A stretch of DNA of 64,000 nucleotides. Origin: Patescibacteria group bacterium. Lineage in GTDB: Bacteria > Patescibacteriota > Microgenomatia > 2-02-FULL-39-11. Both the position numbers and the translations under genes were made by a program. How positions within the stretch are numbered: the stretch's first letter is position 1; each line of letters begins with the position of its first letter. Shown in pieces: positions 44,936-55,389 of this stretch. Location of the stretch: contig JAMCUI010000004.1 of assembly GCA_023379265.1 (NCBI GenBank), forward strand, positions 73,273-137,272, in the 5' to 3' direction. The notes beneath the pieces are model-generated. The model was not told the DNA's origin. It saw only the letters and a list, made by a program, of their open reading frames with translations, and did not search any database.

Positions 44936-45361
44936 ATGAGTCCTGAGGGAAAAAGAAGATCAAGCATCCCCAGAGATCTGAGAGATGTTTACCAACAAAA
45001 AGAACCTCCGCTTGTTGAAATCCAGCCCGAAACTCCTTTGGAAAAAGAATTTGAACAACCGCCTGACATACCTTTTCAACACGTAGTAAAAGCTTTTGAA
45101 AAAGTCGTTTTCCAGGTAGGCCACAGGAAAGTAAAAAGGAGAGATGACTTGCGGCTTCCCAGACGAAATGTTGTTGTCGCACTGAGACAACCCAATGATC
45201 CCGATCAAACCATCTTTGCAAGAATCACTTCGGGAGCTGCCGACTGGATAGGAAGTATACCCACAGTTGGGATACATGGAGTAAGGCGCGTAGGACACGA
45301 AAAACTTCCCAAAAAGGCCAGGCAGGCAGCAAGACAGAAAAGAAAAATAGGTTTAAGGTAG
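44936..45361 (+). CDS. Hypothetical basic protein
   Basis: 141-aa ORF, no recognised motif. Confidence 0.6.
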   Translation: MSPEGKRRSSIPRDLRDVYQQKEPPLVEIQPETPLEKEFEQPPDIPFQHVVKAFEKVVFQVGHRKVKRRDDLRLPRRNVVVALRQPNDPDQTIFARITSGAADWIGSIPTVGIHGVRRVGHEKLPKKARQAARQKRKIGLR

Positions 45362-45381
45362 TCAAATATTTCGAAGAATGA

Positions 45382-45651
45382 TTAAATCCATCCCTTTTCC
45401 TTAGGCAGCTTCGACAACCATGTATGCGTACCTTTCAGTTCCGGAGGAGATTCAATTTCTACATAATAAAATAGTAGTCCTTCTGATTTTCTTGGGGAAC
45501 CGATAAGCCAAACCTTCGTTCCGGGAGGCGCTTTCCCGTCTTCATGCCTACCACTTGAATATCCGGTCCAAAAAGGTGTCCCTGCTCTCACTCCATACGG
45601 ATGAGGCATCGCTTCACTTTCCCTATTTTGTGTTTCTAATTCTCTAACCAC
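45382..45651 (-). CDS. Hypothetical protein, possibly a small SH3-like beta domain
   Basis: 89-aa ORF with GTKVWL..YYVE..TW pattern; GTG start. Confidence 0.5.
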   Translation of the reverse strand: MVRELETQNRESEAMPHPYGVRAGTPFWTGYSSGRHEDGKAPPGTKVWLIGSPRKSEGLLFYYVEIESPPELKGTHTWLSKLPKEKGWI

Positions 45652-45896
45652 AATAGTTTCTGGTTATAGAAAAATTTTGAATTAAAATTATATTCGTTCG
45701 TATAAAACATCGCACTCACTTATATCAGTTGTGTATTGTACATCTTGCTAACAGGAATTTTCAATAACTATCCACTCTCTTTGATATTTTTAATTCTTTG
45801 GACTATTGTTATTATGAGGACACTCATCTTCTGAAAGAATGAGAAAGTCTGAAAATGGTATTAGAAACACCATACAATTTATAAAAAAATAATTAT

Positions 45897-47804
45897 ATGA
45901 GCTATCCTCCAGTACCAGAAATGCGCATGTCGCAGCCATTGGTTGCCCCCCGGGAAAATCTACCCGTGGCCTCCCCTATCCGGCCGGTGGCCGCCGAACA
46001 CAAAGCCCGTATAGTTACTCCCGAGGCAAAAAACAGAGCTCAGGCAATTCTGGCATCCAAAAAGCAAGCGCTTGAAGCCGAACAACGCCGCCTTGCCTGG
46101 AACTTAAAACAGGGCAACTGTATCAGGCTGGACCAGCTTACCCGCGACTACGACAACGAAATACTGCGCTATCAGCAAGCGCTTGATGGTCTTGCCGCGG
46201 GCGATAACGGCCAGGCCCGTGACCTTCTTGAACAGCAAATCTGCCGCAACTTGCAGTCATCCGCTCAGCTGAGATCTTATCAGAGCGAAATGACACAGGA
46301 TTATGTCCAGGCTGGCGGGCAACTGCAGGAGGCACGAAATATGTTAAATACGGACTCAAACGACAGGCTCAGGTATTCAAACCCGCAGGAGCTGGACATG
46401 GCGATAAACAAAATGCTTCTGGAGCAAGTCTACCAGGCCAACCCCGCATGGAGGGGCAGCAAAAACCCGGTTTTTATCGCGTCCCGTGATGCTGAAGTCG
46501 TCAGGCTGAAAAATATGCTGGCTTTGACCACTCCCGACCAGCTTCTCTCCCAGGCGCGCAAATTGGCCCAAAACCCAAAAGATGCAAACGGCAGGCTGGG
46601 TCTTTTTGTCCAGATACAATTCAAAGAGATTAGCATGCTTGAAGAACAGAGGGGACAAATGCACTCTATCGTCCAATCACACGAAAACCTTGAAAGGGAG
46701 AATTTGGAAATGGATGGGCTTGTTATAGATCTGGGAGGCCAACTGTCAAATCATCCTGACAGGCTGTCCCAGCGCCAACAAATTCTCCAGCAACTGAAAA
46801 ATGCAGCTGAAACCGATCCCGCCAAAAGTTATGAACAGATTTTGCAAAGCGCAAAAGAAAGTGGCGTGGCAGTAGAACAGAATTTTGCGGCCACATACAG
46901 GCAAATTGCAGATGAACGAGCCAAAGTGGAATACGCGCTGAAAAAAGCAGAAAGCAAACACAATGACCGTGTAGTCAGACTCCACAGACTGCGACTGTCC
47001 AGACTTTCTCTTCTGGAATACCGGCTTTCCGAGACGTACAATATCCACCGGCAAAAAAACCCGGGCAAAAATCCGCCGGCCTTAAAAGAGCTTGCTGCCA
47101 CAAACCAGATGGAAGAACAAAGACAACCGGAAGCTTCAGCAAAGCCCCAGACAAATATTGCACGTTCTCCTACAATTGCCTCCGCCCCCATGGTAAACAA
47201 ACCGGCTGCCTCTCCCACCGCCAGCAACAGGCAAGAATCCGCCGCGCCACCGGTTGAAATGAAAATAAAAACATCCATTGGGAAAAGCCAAATCGACCAG
47301 ATTATTGACGAGTCGCACGGAGCCTGGCGGACGGTAAATTCACGTGTAGTTGCCATTTCAGTCCTAAATGAACTTGAAGGAAATCTTGGCTACTCTTTTC
47401 CTTTGCTTGATAGGACCGAAATAGCTTATGGCATTCCCAAGACTGTGATGCCTGATAATATTTCGCTAAATCCCGACGGCCAACCTCCGGCAGCGTGGTT
47501 GGAGATTGACGTTCCCGTAGGACCGGGAAAACCTGCCAGAAGAGTGGCGATAAACAACACCGCTGAGCTAAACGCGGCAATTGCCTATGCCAAGCAAGTC
47601 AGACTGCTTGACGGCAGGCTAAACCCTCACCCGATGTCACTAATTCATCTGGTAATGCGTGATGATATAGCCCAGCAATTCACTGTGGACCGGCTCAGAC
47701 AAAATCCACAAGTGCTCAATCAAATTGCAAGTGATCTCATCCACTTTTCCGACCAGTCTCAGCCGCCCAAACGCCGCCTCGAATCCGTAAGATTTACTAT
47801 CTAA
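45897..47804 (+). CDS. Hypothetical Gln-rich coiled-coil protein
   Basis: 635-aa ORF with long helical heptad-like regions. Confidence 0.8.
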   Translation: MSYPPVPEMRMSQPLVAPRENLPVASPIRPVAAEHKARIVTPEAKNRAQAILASKKQALEAEQRRLAWNLKQGNCIRLDQLTRDYDNEILRYQQALDGLAAGDNGQARDLLEQQICRNLQSSAQLRSYQSEMTQDYVQAGGQLQEARNMLNTDSNDRLRYSNPQELDMAINKMLLEQVYQANPAWRGSKNPVFIASRDAEVVRLKNMLALTTPDQLLSQARKLAQNPKDANGRLGLFVQIQFKEISMLEEQRGQMHSIVQSHENLERENLEMDGLVIDLGGQLSNHPDRLSQRQQILQQLKNAAETDPAKSYEQILQSAKESGVAVEQNFAATYRQIADERAKVEYALKKAESKHNDRVVRLHRLRLSRLSLLEYRLSETYNIHRQKNPGKNPPALKELAATNQMEEQRQPEASAKPQTNIARSPTIASAPMVNKPAASPTASNRQESAAPPVEMKIKTSIGKSQIDQIIDESHGAWRTVNSRVVAISVLNELEGNLGYSFPLLDRTEIAYGIPKTVMPDNISLNPDGQPPAAWLEIDVPVGPGKPARRVAINNTAELNAAIAYAKQVRLLDGRLNPHPMSLIHLVMRDDIAQQFTVDRLRQNPQVLNQIASDLIHFSDQSQPPKRRLESVRFTI

Positions 47805-47892
47805 TCAAGTTTGCCATCAGTAGTTACGCACTCTGTATCTTATATCCTGTTTCACGTAACTCAGGTTTGCAACTGAGTTACTCAGTATATAA

Positions 47893-47973
47893 CCATCTAT
47901 GCTTCGGCTACGTCTCAGCACTTATCTGCTTTTTTGGCTCTACGAGCTTCAAACCAGAGTAAGATGGGTATAT
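47893..47973 (+). repeat. 81-bp dispersed repeat, copy 1 (copy 2 inverted at 59627-59707)
   Basis: Near-identical sequence, 4 mismatches by eye. Confidence 0.9.
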
Positions 47974-47985
47974 AATAATCCCGAC

Positions 47986-48546
47986 ATGCCGGGCAAAGAA
48001 CATTTTTCTTTCAGGAATGATTTCCAACTGGGCTCACCTGCAGATTTTCAAGTGAGACAAACGGGCGACAGAATCCTCAGGGAACATCACCTGGATCTGA
48101 CGGTGACGGATCTGGACGTGATGCTTTCGCTTACTTCCCTGCCGCGCAACAACCGCACATTTGAACACATCAGGGATGACTGCATCACTCTCAATCCCCC
48201 TTCAGCCCGTCCCAACGCGCAACTCACCAGACATCCGGAATATACAGACTATGCCAATCGGGCTCTGGCTCTTACACTAAAAAGGATGGAACGGCAAGAT
48301 AGGATCAGACGGAGGGCAACAAACAGTCATGATGGAGAACTTTATGACATCACCTCAAGAGGACGGGAACAGCTCAGGAAAGCAAAAAGAGTCTTTTCAG
48401 CACTTCCCGCGCCAGAGTCTAAAAGATATGGAGATACTGGCTCAATCACGGGCATCATGCAAATATTCCCCGACAGTATCATCTCCTTTATCAAAAGCCT
48501 CAAAAGGCACAAAAGGAAATTTTCCCGTAGATTAAGTCAGAGATAG
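47986..48546 (+). CDS. Hypothetical protein with winged-helix-like segment (start moved to MPGKE)
   Basis: LKRMERQDRIRR..YDITSRGREQL resembles a PadR/MarR wing; the upstream ORF extension lies in the repeat. Confidence 0.6.
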   Translation: MPGKEHFSFRNDFQLGSPADFQVRQTGDRILREHHLDLTVTDLDVMLSLTSLPRNNRTFEHIRDDCITLNPPSARPNAQLTRHPEYTDYANRALALTLKRMERQDRIRRRATNSHDGELYDITSRGREQLRKAKRVFSALPAPESKRYGDTGSITGIMQIFPDSIISFIKSLKRHKRKFSRRLSQR

Positions 48547-48822
48547 AATAATAAGTAGAGAAACTAGAACTTATCAAAACTATGATTTTGAACGTAAGTC
48601 ATAGTATTCCATCAAGCTCGAATTTGAGGTTTTGATACCAGTTAAATGAAAGATAGCGGGATGGGTTTTTGGGGGTTGGTAAAAAATTGGCAATTTTGGG
48701 AAAATTGCGGATTTGTTTTTTGTTTACCCCAGAGGAGGTGAATTTCCCGAGAGAGTCGGGTGCCAGACCGGAAAAGCATCCGGCACCCTCATCCAGGCCG
48801 ATTGGATAATCATTTTTCATCT

Positions 48823-49146
48823 TCACCAAAACTTTATCGGGAAGATGATCGCGGCGGCTCCCCAAAGAAGCAGACCCACCGCGAGGGTGAAAAGGTATTT
48901 CCTTACGGGAATTAGAAGTGGTTCGCTAGACTGCTGTGTCACTTGCTTTCGCGTGACGAAGTAACGCAGCACCCGGGGAAATGCAATCCCGGTTCCGCCT
49001 ACAAGCGAACCCCAACAGGTAATTCCCTGCAGGAAAACCCATGAGCCAAACCAAAACCGGAAGAGGAAAAAAGCCACCTCGGGGTTTTGGATCAGCCAAC
49101 TGACTGTCCAATCAAACTTTGCGACGAACAAGTCCCAGTTTGTCAT
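48823..49146 (-). CDS. Small membrane protein (start moved to MTNWDLF)
   Basis: GAGGAGG SD upstream; two hydrophobic segments. Confidence 0.6.
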   Translation of the reverse strand: MTNWDLFVAKFDWTVSWLIQNPEVAFFLFRFWFGSWVFLQGITCWGSLVGGTGIAFPRVLRYFVTRKQVTQQSSEPLLIPVRKYLFTLAVGLLLWGAAAIIFPIKFW

Positions 49147-49327
49147 GTTCTGCCTCCTCAGAAAGATTTTTGAAAATACCGCATTGGAAAAGGCAAATTT
49201 TGCCTTCTCTATTGCGGTATCTTCCTCCCTTCCCGCTATCTTTTCAAAGAACAAAAAGAAAACGTCATAAACTTTCAGCCGCAAAAAAGCTGATATTTAT
49301 GAAATTTCGGGAATTATAGCACATTTC

Positions 49328-49356
49328 TTGACTATAGGTTAAATCCATCATAAAAT
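49328..49356 (+). promoter_or_regulatory. sigma70 promoter, leaderless-type
   Basis: TTGACT-17 nt-TAAAAT, 7 nt before ATG 49364. Confidence 0.65.
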
Positions 49357-49363
49357 TCCTTTC

Positions 49364-51499
49364 ATGCCGCACGAAAGACTAGGAAGATTATCACAACAGT
49401 TTGCCCAAAACGGAAGACAATACGTCGAGGATAGGATCCCCAGATATATACCTATTCCCGTGGCAAGAGGCATTGCTGAAGCAACTCAATTTATCCCAGA
49501 ACGTCTTAGAAGACCGGTTATAGGTTTAGCGGACCGACTTCCATTCGCGCCGGGTGCAGCGGCGGAAATTGCCAAAAGACAAACCTGGGGATATTTCCAT
49601 GAAATACTAAAGGGTGCAGCGGAAAGTAAAGAACAGTTACCATCAAAAGAATATCAACTAACGGCAGCAAGAGCGGAGTTATACGGGCAATCAAGAATTG
49701 ACATTATGATGTTCTACAAACCGTTTCCTGACCGGCCAAGAAGGAAGAATAAAATCTATCCGCCAAGAACAGGTTTTTTTGATAGAAGACTGAACGCACT
49801 GCTTTCTCCACATACCAGTAACGGACTTCCTGATGAATGGTTTCTTCGGGATGCCGATGGCAGATATATTCAGCGGGAGGAGGGGCTTGACGCAAAACTT
49901 CTCCATGAAATGTATTATGCATTGCCTGATAGGCGTGCTGCTTATTTTGAGATGGAAAAAATCTTTGATGAGGTAGTAAGACAAGAAATACCCCCGGTTG
50001 GACAAGATGTACTAAACCGGTTGAGATTTTTGGGCATGTCAAATGAAGAAGAATTTGTTAATACTACTGAGGAAAATTTATTAAATAGGATAAATGCCAA
50101 AATTAATCAGATTGCAGGAACAAATAGGAATAAAAAATTTAGTTTGAAAAATCTGACAGAGTTTATGAACATGGCTCGCCAATCAGACGCGATAAGAAGG
50201 AAGGAAGATCCGAAACATAAAGGCAAGAGAAGAACTGGAGAATCTTATTATTGCCATTACCTTGCTTCTGCCTGGTTTCTATGGACAATGATAGAAGAAG
50301 ACCTCACAACTGAACAGGATGTTTTAGACGCTTTGGAAGATGTAGAAACTATGATGGTACATGACATCATGGAAGACCTTCCCTACAAACTCAGAACGCA
50401 ATATGATCCTGAAAATCAGGAAAACAGATTTTTCCTTGATTTGGAAATACCTCAACCGATCGATATAAACGGAAGGGCACCAATAGTTACAGACTTATCC
50501 GAGGATATCACACCAGTGGTAACAATCGAAAAAAAAGGTGACAGTGATGAATACCAGTATATCCTCTGGAAAAAAAGTAAAACTCTTAGCATAGAGCTTA
50601 GTCGAAACCAATGGCTTATTTTAGAAGCCATGCACAAAGAAAAAGATGATGAAAGTGGATTTATATGGCTTGAGAAAATCAAAAATATTTTCGATCCCAA
50701 CGACCCTACTCCCCAAAGGAAAAATTACCTCATAAAAAAAGCTGCTAGGTGTAAATCTGCCGATAGGTTGGCGAACTTACTCACGATTACTTCCGCCGGA
50801 GGACCTTTTTACGACGTAGTAAGAAAACTAAACGAAACTATTTATGGAGGCAAATATCTTGCCTGGCTATCAAATTTTGGAGATCTGGGACCGGTAGGTA
50901 CAATAGATCGATTGAAAAAAATTGCCAAAAATAATAGATTTGTTCTTCTTCTCTCTGCTATACCAATTATTGCTGAAATGGAAAAAAGGAATATCATGAT
51001 TAAATTCGGACAAAAACTGATGGAAAAAATAAGAGAAAATACTGATAAACCTTGGGCAAAACAAATTATATATATTATTGATAAGAATATACGATATCCG
51101 CATGGCGGTCCCAATCCTTTACCCTATGGTTTAAGAAGATTGGAAGATCTTAAAGCGTGTTACAGGATACCTTCTGAATTTGATGACTATATTTTGTCTT
51201 CGGAAAATCTGCATCACTATCTAAGTCTTGAACAATTTGTACAGCAAGAAAACTTTTTCCCACAAAATCAGCCAATAGAATTTGTTCACTTCAAACACCT
51301 TATAAATCGCTTGGAAACATTTGAGAAATGGATGATGCCATATGAAGGAATACTTCCGGGAGGAGTAGATGATTATTTCGGACCGAGACCTCTTCTTTAT
51401 GTGGATTTTTTCACTATTAGGGATATGACTTCTGAATTTATGGAACAGATGGCAGAAACAATTGCCTGGGGTAAAGCTTATGAATACGAAGAAGAATAA
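49364..51499 (+). CDS. Large protein with RelA/SpoT/Mesh1-type HD hydrolase domain
   Basis: HKGKRRTGESYYCHYL, VHDIMED, KSADRLANL. Confidence 0.75.
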   Translation: MPHERLGRLSQQFAQNGRQYVEDRIPRYIPIPVARGIAEATQFIPERLRRPVIGLADRLPFAPGAAAEIAKRQTWGYFHEILKGAAESKEQLPSKEYQLTAARAELYGQSRIDIMMFYKPFPDRPRRKNKIYPPRTGFFDRRLNALLSPHTSNGLPDEWFLRDADGRYIQREEGLDAKLLHEMYYALPDRRAAYFEMEKIFDEVVRQEIPPVGQDVLNRLRFLGMSNEEEFVNTTEENLLNRINAKINQIAGTNRNKKFSLKNLTEFMNMARQSDAIRRKEDPKHKGKRRTGESYYCHYLASAWFLWTMIEEDLTTEQDVLDALEDVETMMVHDIMEDLPYKLRTQYDPENQENRFFLDLEIPQPIDINGRAPIVTDLSEDITPVVTIEKKGDSDEYQYILWKKSKTLSIELSRNQWLILEAMHKEKDDESGFIWLEKIKNIFDPNDPTPQRKNYLIKKAARCKSADRLANLLTITSAGGPFYDVVRKLNETIYGGKYLAWLSNFGDLGPVGTIDRLKKIAKNNRFVLLLSAIPIIAEMEKRNIMIKFGQKLMEKIRENTDKPWAKQIIYIIDKNIRYPHGGPNPLPYGLRRLEDLKACYRIPSEFDDYILSSENLHHYLSLEQFVQQENFFPQNQPIEFVHFKHLINRLETFEKWMMPYEGILPGGVDDYFGPRPLLYVDFFTIRDMTSEFMEQMAETIAWGKAYEYEEE

Positions 51500-51744
51500 A
51501 TTAACTCTGTTGAAAACAAATAATACGAAATAGAGATTCAATTAAACGCAGGTCTGGCGATGAATATAATTTCGTGAGGCGGACTGCTATCAGCCTTTTT
51601 CTCCAATCTGACATCTCTAGGACAGGACATACGAAGTGGACAATCTTTATCAATACAAGTTGCGGTTTTGGAATCGATAGAGGGAGCTTTGATATTGGCA
51701 ATATCTCCGCGGGATATACAATTTGCTTCCAGAAAGACCATAAT

Positions 51745-52209
51745 TCAGACTATTTTTTCTCCCAATTGATACCGGCAGAATCTGGAAACAGTGATATTTT
51801 CTCCCAGTTTTCCTATCACCTGTTTGACTAATTTCTCAATCGTTAAAGACGGATCTCTAATATATTCCTGTGCCAGAAGCGCTTTCACATCTTTTGGGCC
51901 CATCGAGGCTATCTGCAGACAAATTTCGTGTGAAAGATCCCTAAAATCGTCAGTCTTTGCGACAAAATCAGTCTCACAAAGAATCTCGAGAATCACTCCG
52001 ACTTTGCCCCCTGCATGAATATAACTATCGACAATTCCTGCATGTGTGGCACGGTCCGCTTTTTTCTCTGCTTTCTCCACTCCCCATTTATTGAGAAGCT
52101 CAACGGCTTTTTTCTCGTCCCCCTTCGTCTCCTCTAAAGCTCTCCGGCAATCCATCACTCCGGCGCCGGTCCTTTCTCTAAGTTTTTTTATCTGGTCAAC
52201 GGAAATCAT
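51745..52209 (-). CDS. tsf: Elongation factor Ts (short form)
   Basis: LRERTGAGVMDCRRAL, CETDFVA, LGENI. Confidence 0.96.
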   Translation of the reverse strand: MISVDQIKKLRERTGAGVMDCRRALEETKGDEKKAVELLNKWGVEKAEKKADRATHAGIVDSYIHAGGKVGVILEILCETDFVAKTDDFRDLSHEICLQIASMGPKDVKALLAQEYIRDPSLTIEKLVKQVIGKLGENITVSRFCRYQLGEKIV

Positions 52210-52244
52210 ATTTCATTTAACAATTAACAGATAACAAATTTCTC

Positions 52245-53084
52245 TTATTTTGTCATTTTCACCGGTTGTTTTCTGGTCTCAGTTTCCTTATCTTTGTTAT
52301 CTTTTTTTTGTTCCTTGTTCTCTGCTTGCCCTGAGTCCTTCCTTATGTCGGGACGGAGGGTTTTTTGTTCTTTGTTCTCTGCTTTCTCTTCCTTTTTCTC
52401 CCTCTCCGCTTTTCCTTCGGCATATGCATCTGCAATATAATCTATAATTATTTTTATACTACCTACGGCATCGTCATTGGCAGGGATGGGATAGTCTACA
52501 TCTGTCGGATCAACATTAGTATCGACTATCGCCGCTATGGGCATCTCATACTGCTGAGCTTCCCGCACACTAGCCACTTCACGCTTGAGATCCACTATAA
52601 AAAGCGCATCCGGTAAAGTCACCAGATCAGCCACTCCCGAATAGACCATTTCGCTTTTGCGCAACTCTTTTTCCAGTTTGACAATCTCATGTTTAGGAAA
52701 TTTAGTCCAGCTACCATCTGTCCTTTCTTTCCTCATCCTGTTTATCTTGGCGATATTGTTTTTCACCTGATCCCAGTTGGTGATAAATCCACCAATCCAA
52801 CGGTTGGTCAAATATGGCAATCCTGCGCGCTTGGCAGCTTCAGTGACTACGCCTTTTGCCTGTTTTTTGGTGGCTACCATAAGGACGGTCTTGCCTTCCT
52901 TGGCCAAATCGCGGAAATATCCGGCTGTCTTTTTTAGCCCATCACGTGTCTGAACTAGATCAATAATATGCAGTCCTTCCCGCACCTGGTATATGTAAGA
53001 AGCTGCTTTTGGATGCCACCTTTCTTTCTTATGTCCGAAATGGCAACCGGCTTCAAGAAGATCTTTAAGTGATATGTCTTTCAT
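52245..53084 (-). CDS. rpsB: 30S ribosomal protein S2
   Basis: LLEAGCHFGH, RWIGGFITN, DTNVDP, PANDDA. Confidence 0.98.
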   Translation of the reverse strand: MKDISLKDLLEAGCHFGHKKERWHPKAASYIYQVREGLHIIDLVQTRDGLKKTAGYFRDLAKEGKTVLMVATKKQAKGVVTEAAKRAGLPYLTNRWIGGFITNWDQVKNNIAKINRMRKERTDGSWTKFPKHEIVKLEKELRKSEMVYSGVADLVTLPDALFIVDLKREVASVREAQQYEMPIAAIVDTNVDPTDVDYPIPANDDAVGSIKIIIDYIADAYAEGKAEREKKEEKAENKEQKTLRPDIRKDSGQAENKEQKKDNKDKETETRKQPVKMTK

Positions 53085-53298
53085 ATAAATTGCGAATTAC
53101 CCAATTTCCCAATTGAGAATTAATAACGTATTAACCCAAAAAAATAAGCAGAGACACTTCTCTGCTTTGTAGAAAAATGTCTCCTTATCCCGATTTTATC
53201 GGGACCTTCCACCCGGACATTTTTTATCAGGAGACACATCCGGATGTGTGTGATTTTTATATTATAACCTATTGCAGAAATTTATCAAGCACAAGATC

Positions 53299-54582
53299 TT
53301 ATCTAGCGTACATATCTATTATGCCCGGATTAAAAAAGTTGACCAATTCTCTAATAAAGGTGTTATTAAATATGTCATATTGGCTGAAAACAGTCTTATT
53401 TTGCGGGATGCTGTTTATGCTCGCAGAATTTAACCTCTCTACTAATTCCTGTAACCTCAGCCCTTTATGATAATCCAGTACAAAATCCGTCCCCAACTCA
53501 TCTGCCCAGAGATCCTGAGCTACCGTAGAATCAAAAAAACCGGTAGCCAAAATTCTGTTATATTCATCCAAATCCATCTCACCTGGGCTGGCTATGCCTG
53601 CCTTTTCCCGCATCCACTTCACTGACTCTGATATTTCCAAAGCTATTCCTGAAAGCCTCATGAACCATTGGACTTTGTCATAAATATCCCTTCCCAAAAA
53701 ATCCGACATTATTTTTGCCGCACGAGGGACTCTTCCAATTTCCGGTATTTTGTCCTTTTGAGCCAGAAAATACATGTGTGCCAACCAGGCAAACTGGGCA
53801 AAATGCACTACCCTATCGGCCCCCAGACATCTGTTATAAATATCCATCGCTGAATCAGTGCATTGGGTAATAGAAAGAGGATAGACTCTGGGATGTTTCC
53901 CGTATACTTTCATCCACCAAGGAATCTCTTTATCATGCTCCATCCAGTACGCATTGGATATCGGCACATTCAGTTTTTGGGGACTAGTGATATCATCTCT
54001 TGTAAGATAAGGACTGAAGATTACGGCAAAAGAGTAAAGAGCAAGATGCAGGGCGTTCTCGTCGCTTACATTCCTGCCTGGAAATTCTTTTTGCAGTGCG
54101 GCTCTGGCATAACCCAAATGTTTATTAAACTCATTTCCTAAAAGAGGCGGATGTCCAAAAATAGGAGGTGTCGCAAAATATTCCCTTAAGGCAATTTGTA
54201 ATATCCCGGGATTATTCCAATCCGGATTATTCAGTAATTTATCGTGAAGTGCCACATGCATCAGAAAATTCTTATGGCCGTCTTTATCCCTGCCATCAAC
54301 CAGGGGAGGCAATCCTTGCCTATTGTGATACTCCAGCCACCCGGGAGAAGGAAAATTAATTCCGCGTTTTGAATTTTCACTACTGTTGGTGGGGTCAATA
54401 AGATAGTTTGCAGCTCTTGCCGCCAATCTTCCTCCAGTTCTTGCTGCTGCCACAGCATTATATATTTGGTAAGCGACCTCCATATCAGCCGCAACACCTG
54501 CCACGAATGCGCCTCCGGCAAATAAAGCGCCTTTTTCCAGAAACTCGCGCCTGCTTATAGGTGATTCCAGTTGGTTTTGCAT
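53299..54582 (-). CDS. Hypothetical protein with twin-arginine-like N-terminal signal
   Basis: ISRREFL followed by a hydrophobic segment. Confidence 0.75.
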   Translation of the reverse strand: MQNQLESPISRREFLEKGALFAGGAFVAGVAADMEVAYQIYNAVAAARTGGRLAARAANYLIDPTNSSENSKRGINFPSPGWLEYHNRQGLPPLVDGRDKDGHKNFLMHVALHDKLLNNPDWNNPGILQIALREYFATPPIFGHPPLLGNEFNKHLGYARAALQKEFPGRNVSDENALHLALYSFAVIFSPYLTRDDITSPQKLNVPISNAYWMEHDKEIPWWMKVYGKHPRVYPLSITQCTDSAMDIYNRCLGADRVVHFAQFAWLAHMYFLAQKDKIPEIGRVPRAAKIMSDFLGRDIYDKVQWFMRLSGIALEISESVKWMREKAGIASPGEMDLDEYNRILATGFFDSTVAQDLWADELGTDFVLDYHKGLRLQELVERLNSASINSIPQNKTVFSQYDIFNNTFIRELVNFFNPGIIDMYAR

Positions 54583-54675
54583 CTGATTTTTTGAGGCAGA
54601 AATAATTTAGGGAGAAAACTGAACCAAGTTTGACATGATCCTGGGTCTATAGATCTGGATTTGATTTGACATGCG

Positions 54676-55314
54676 TTATCGCAATTTTGGATTTTTCCCG
54701 ACTTTCCCTTCTACTCTTTCCCAAATCAACCCCTCCACAATTTCAATTTCCTTGCTGCTGTCGACAACAAAATATCTGTCACTGAATTTTTTTGCGAGCA
54801 GGTGATAGCCTCTATACACTCTCTCGTAAAAATCTTTCTGTTGCAGGTCAAGCCTATCGATCTTGTCTGTCCCGTTACGGCGGGCAAAGCCTGTTTCACA
54901 TGACACATCAAGTAGGATAGTCAAGTCAGGCATCACTCCCTCCAAAGCCGCTTTATTCAACTCCAAAATCTCTTTTTCTCCCAACTGCCGTCCATAACCT
55001 TGATAGGCTAGTGATGAATCGATATATCGGTCGCAAACCACAATTTTCCCCTCTGAGAGTGAGGGTTTTATTATCTCCCTTACATGCTGGGCGCGCGAGG
55101 CGGCCATAAGATATGCCTCTGTCACTGCGGTCAAATCCACATTTTCCCGGCCGTGGGTGATACTTCTAATCTCCTCCCCTATCCTTGTCCCGCCCGGCTC
55201 CCGCGTCACCACGATGTCATACCCTTCCTCCTTGAGCCTGCTCCCCAGAAGCCCGACCTGAGTGGACTTGCCGCTACCCTCAATACCCTCAAAAGTGATA
55301 AAAAATCCTTTCAT
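54676..55314 (-). CDS. tmk: Thymidylate kinase
   Basis: FITFEGIEGSGKSTQ, TREPGGT, DRYIDSSLAYQG. Confidence 0.97.
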   Translation of the reverse strand: MKGFFITFEGIEGSGKSTQVGLLGSRLKEEGYDIVVTREPGGTRIGEEIRSITHGRENVDLTAVTEAYLMAASRAQHVREIIKPSLSEGKIVVCDRYIDSSLAYQGYGRQLGEKEILELNKAALEGVMPDLTILLDVSCETGFARRNGTDKIDRLDLQQKDFYERVYRGYHLLAKKFSDRYFVVDSSKEIEIVEGLIWERVEGKVGKNPKLR

Positions 55315-55389
55315 CCATATCTATTCTATCAGATTTTCACAATCATCTCTTGCCGCAGCGTATAATATGATATAAATTGAAATTAAACC

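Noticed and set aside
47899-47985. N-terminal extension of the 47899 ORF
   Set aside because: It lies inside the 81-bp non-coding repeat; ATG 47986 follows a TATAAT box.
51501-51741. Small minus-strand ORFs downstream of tsf
   Set aside because: Two short overlapping frames without motifs; I cannot tell whether either is real.
53085-53260. Structured leader upstream of rpsB as a novel RNA
   Set aside because: Hairpins are present, but an S2 autoregulatory leader is expected here and I cannot show anything new by eye.
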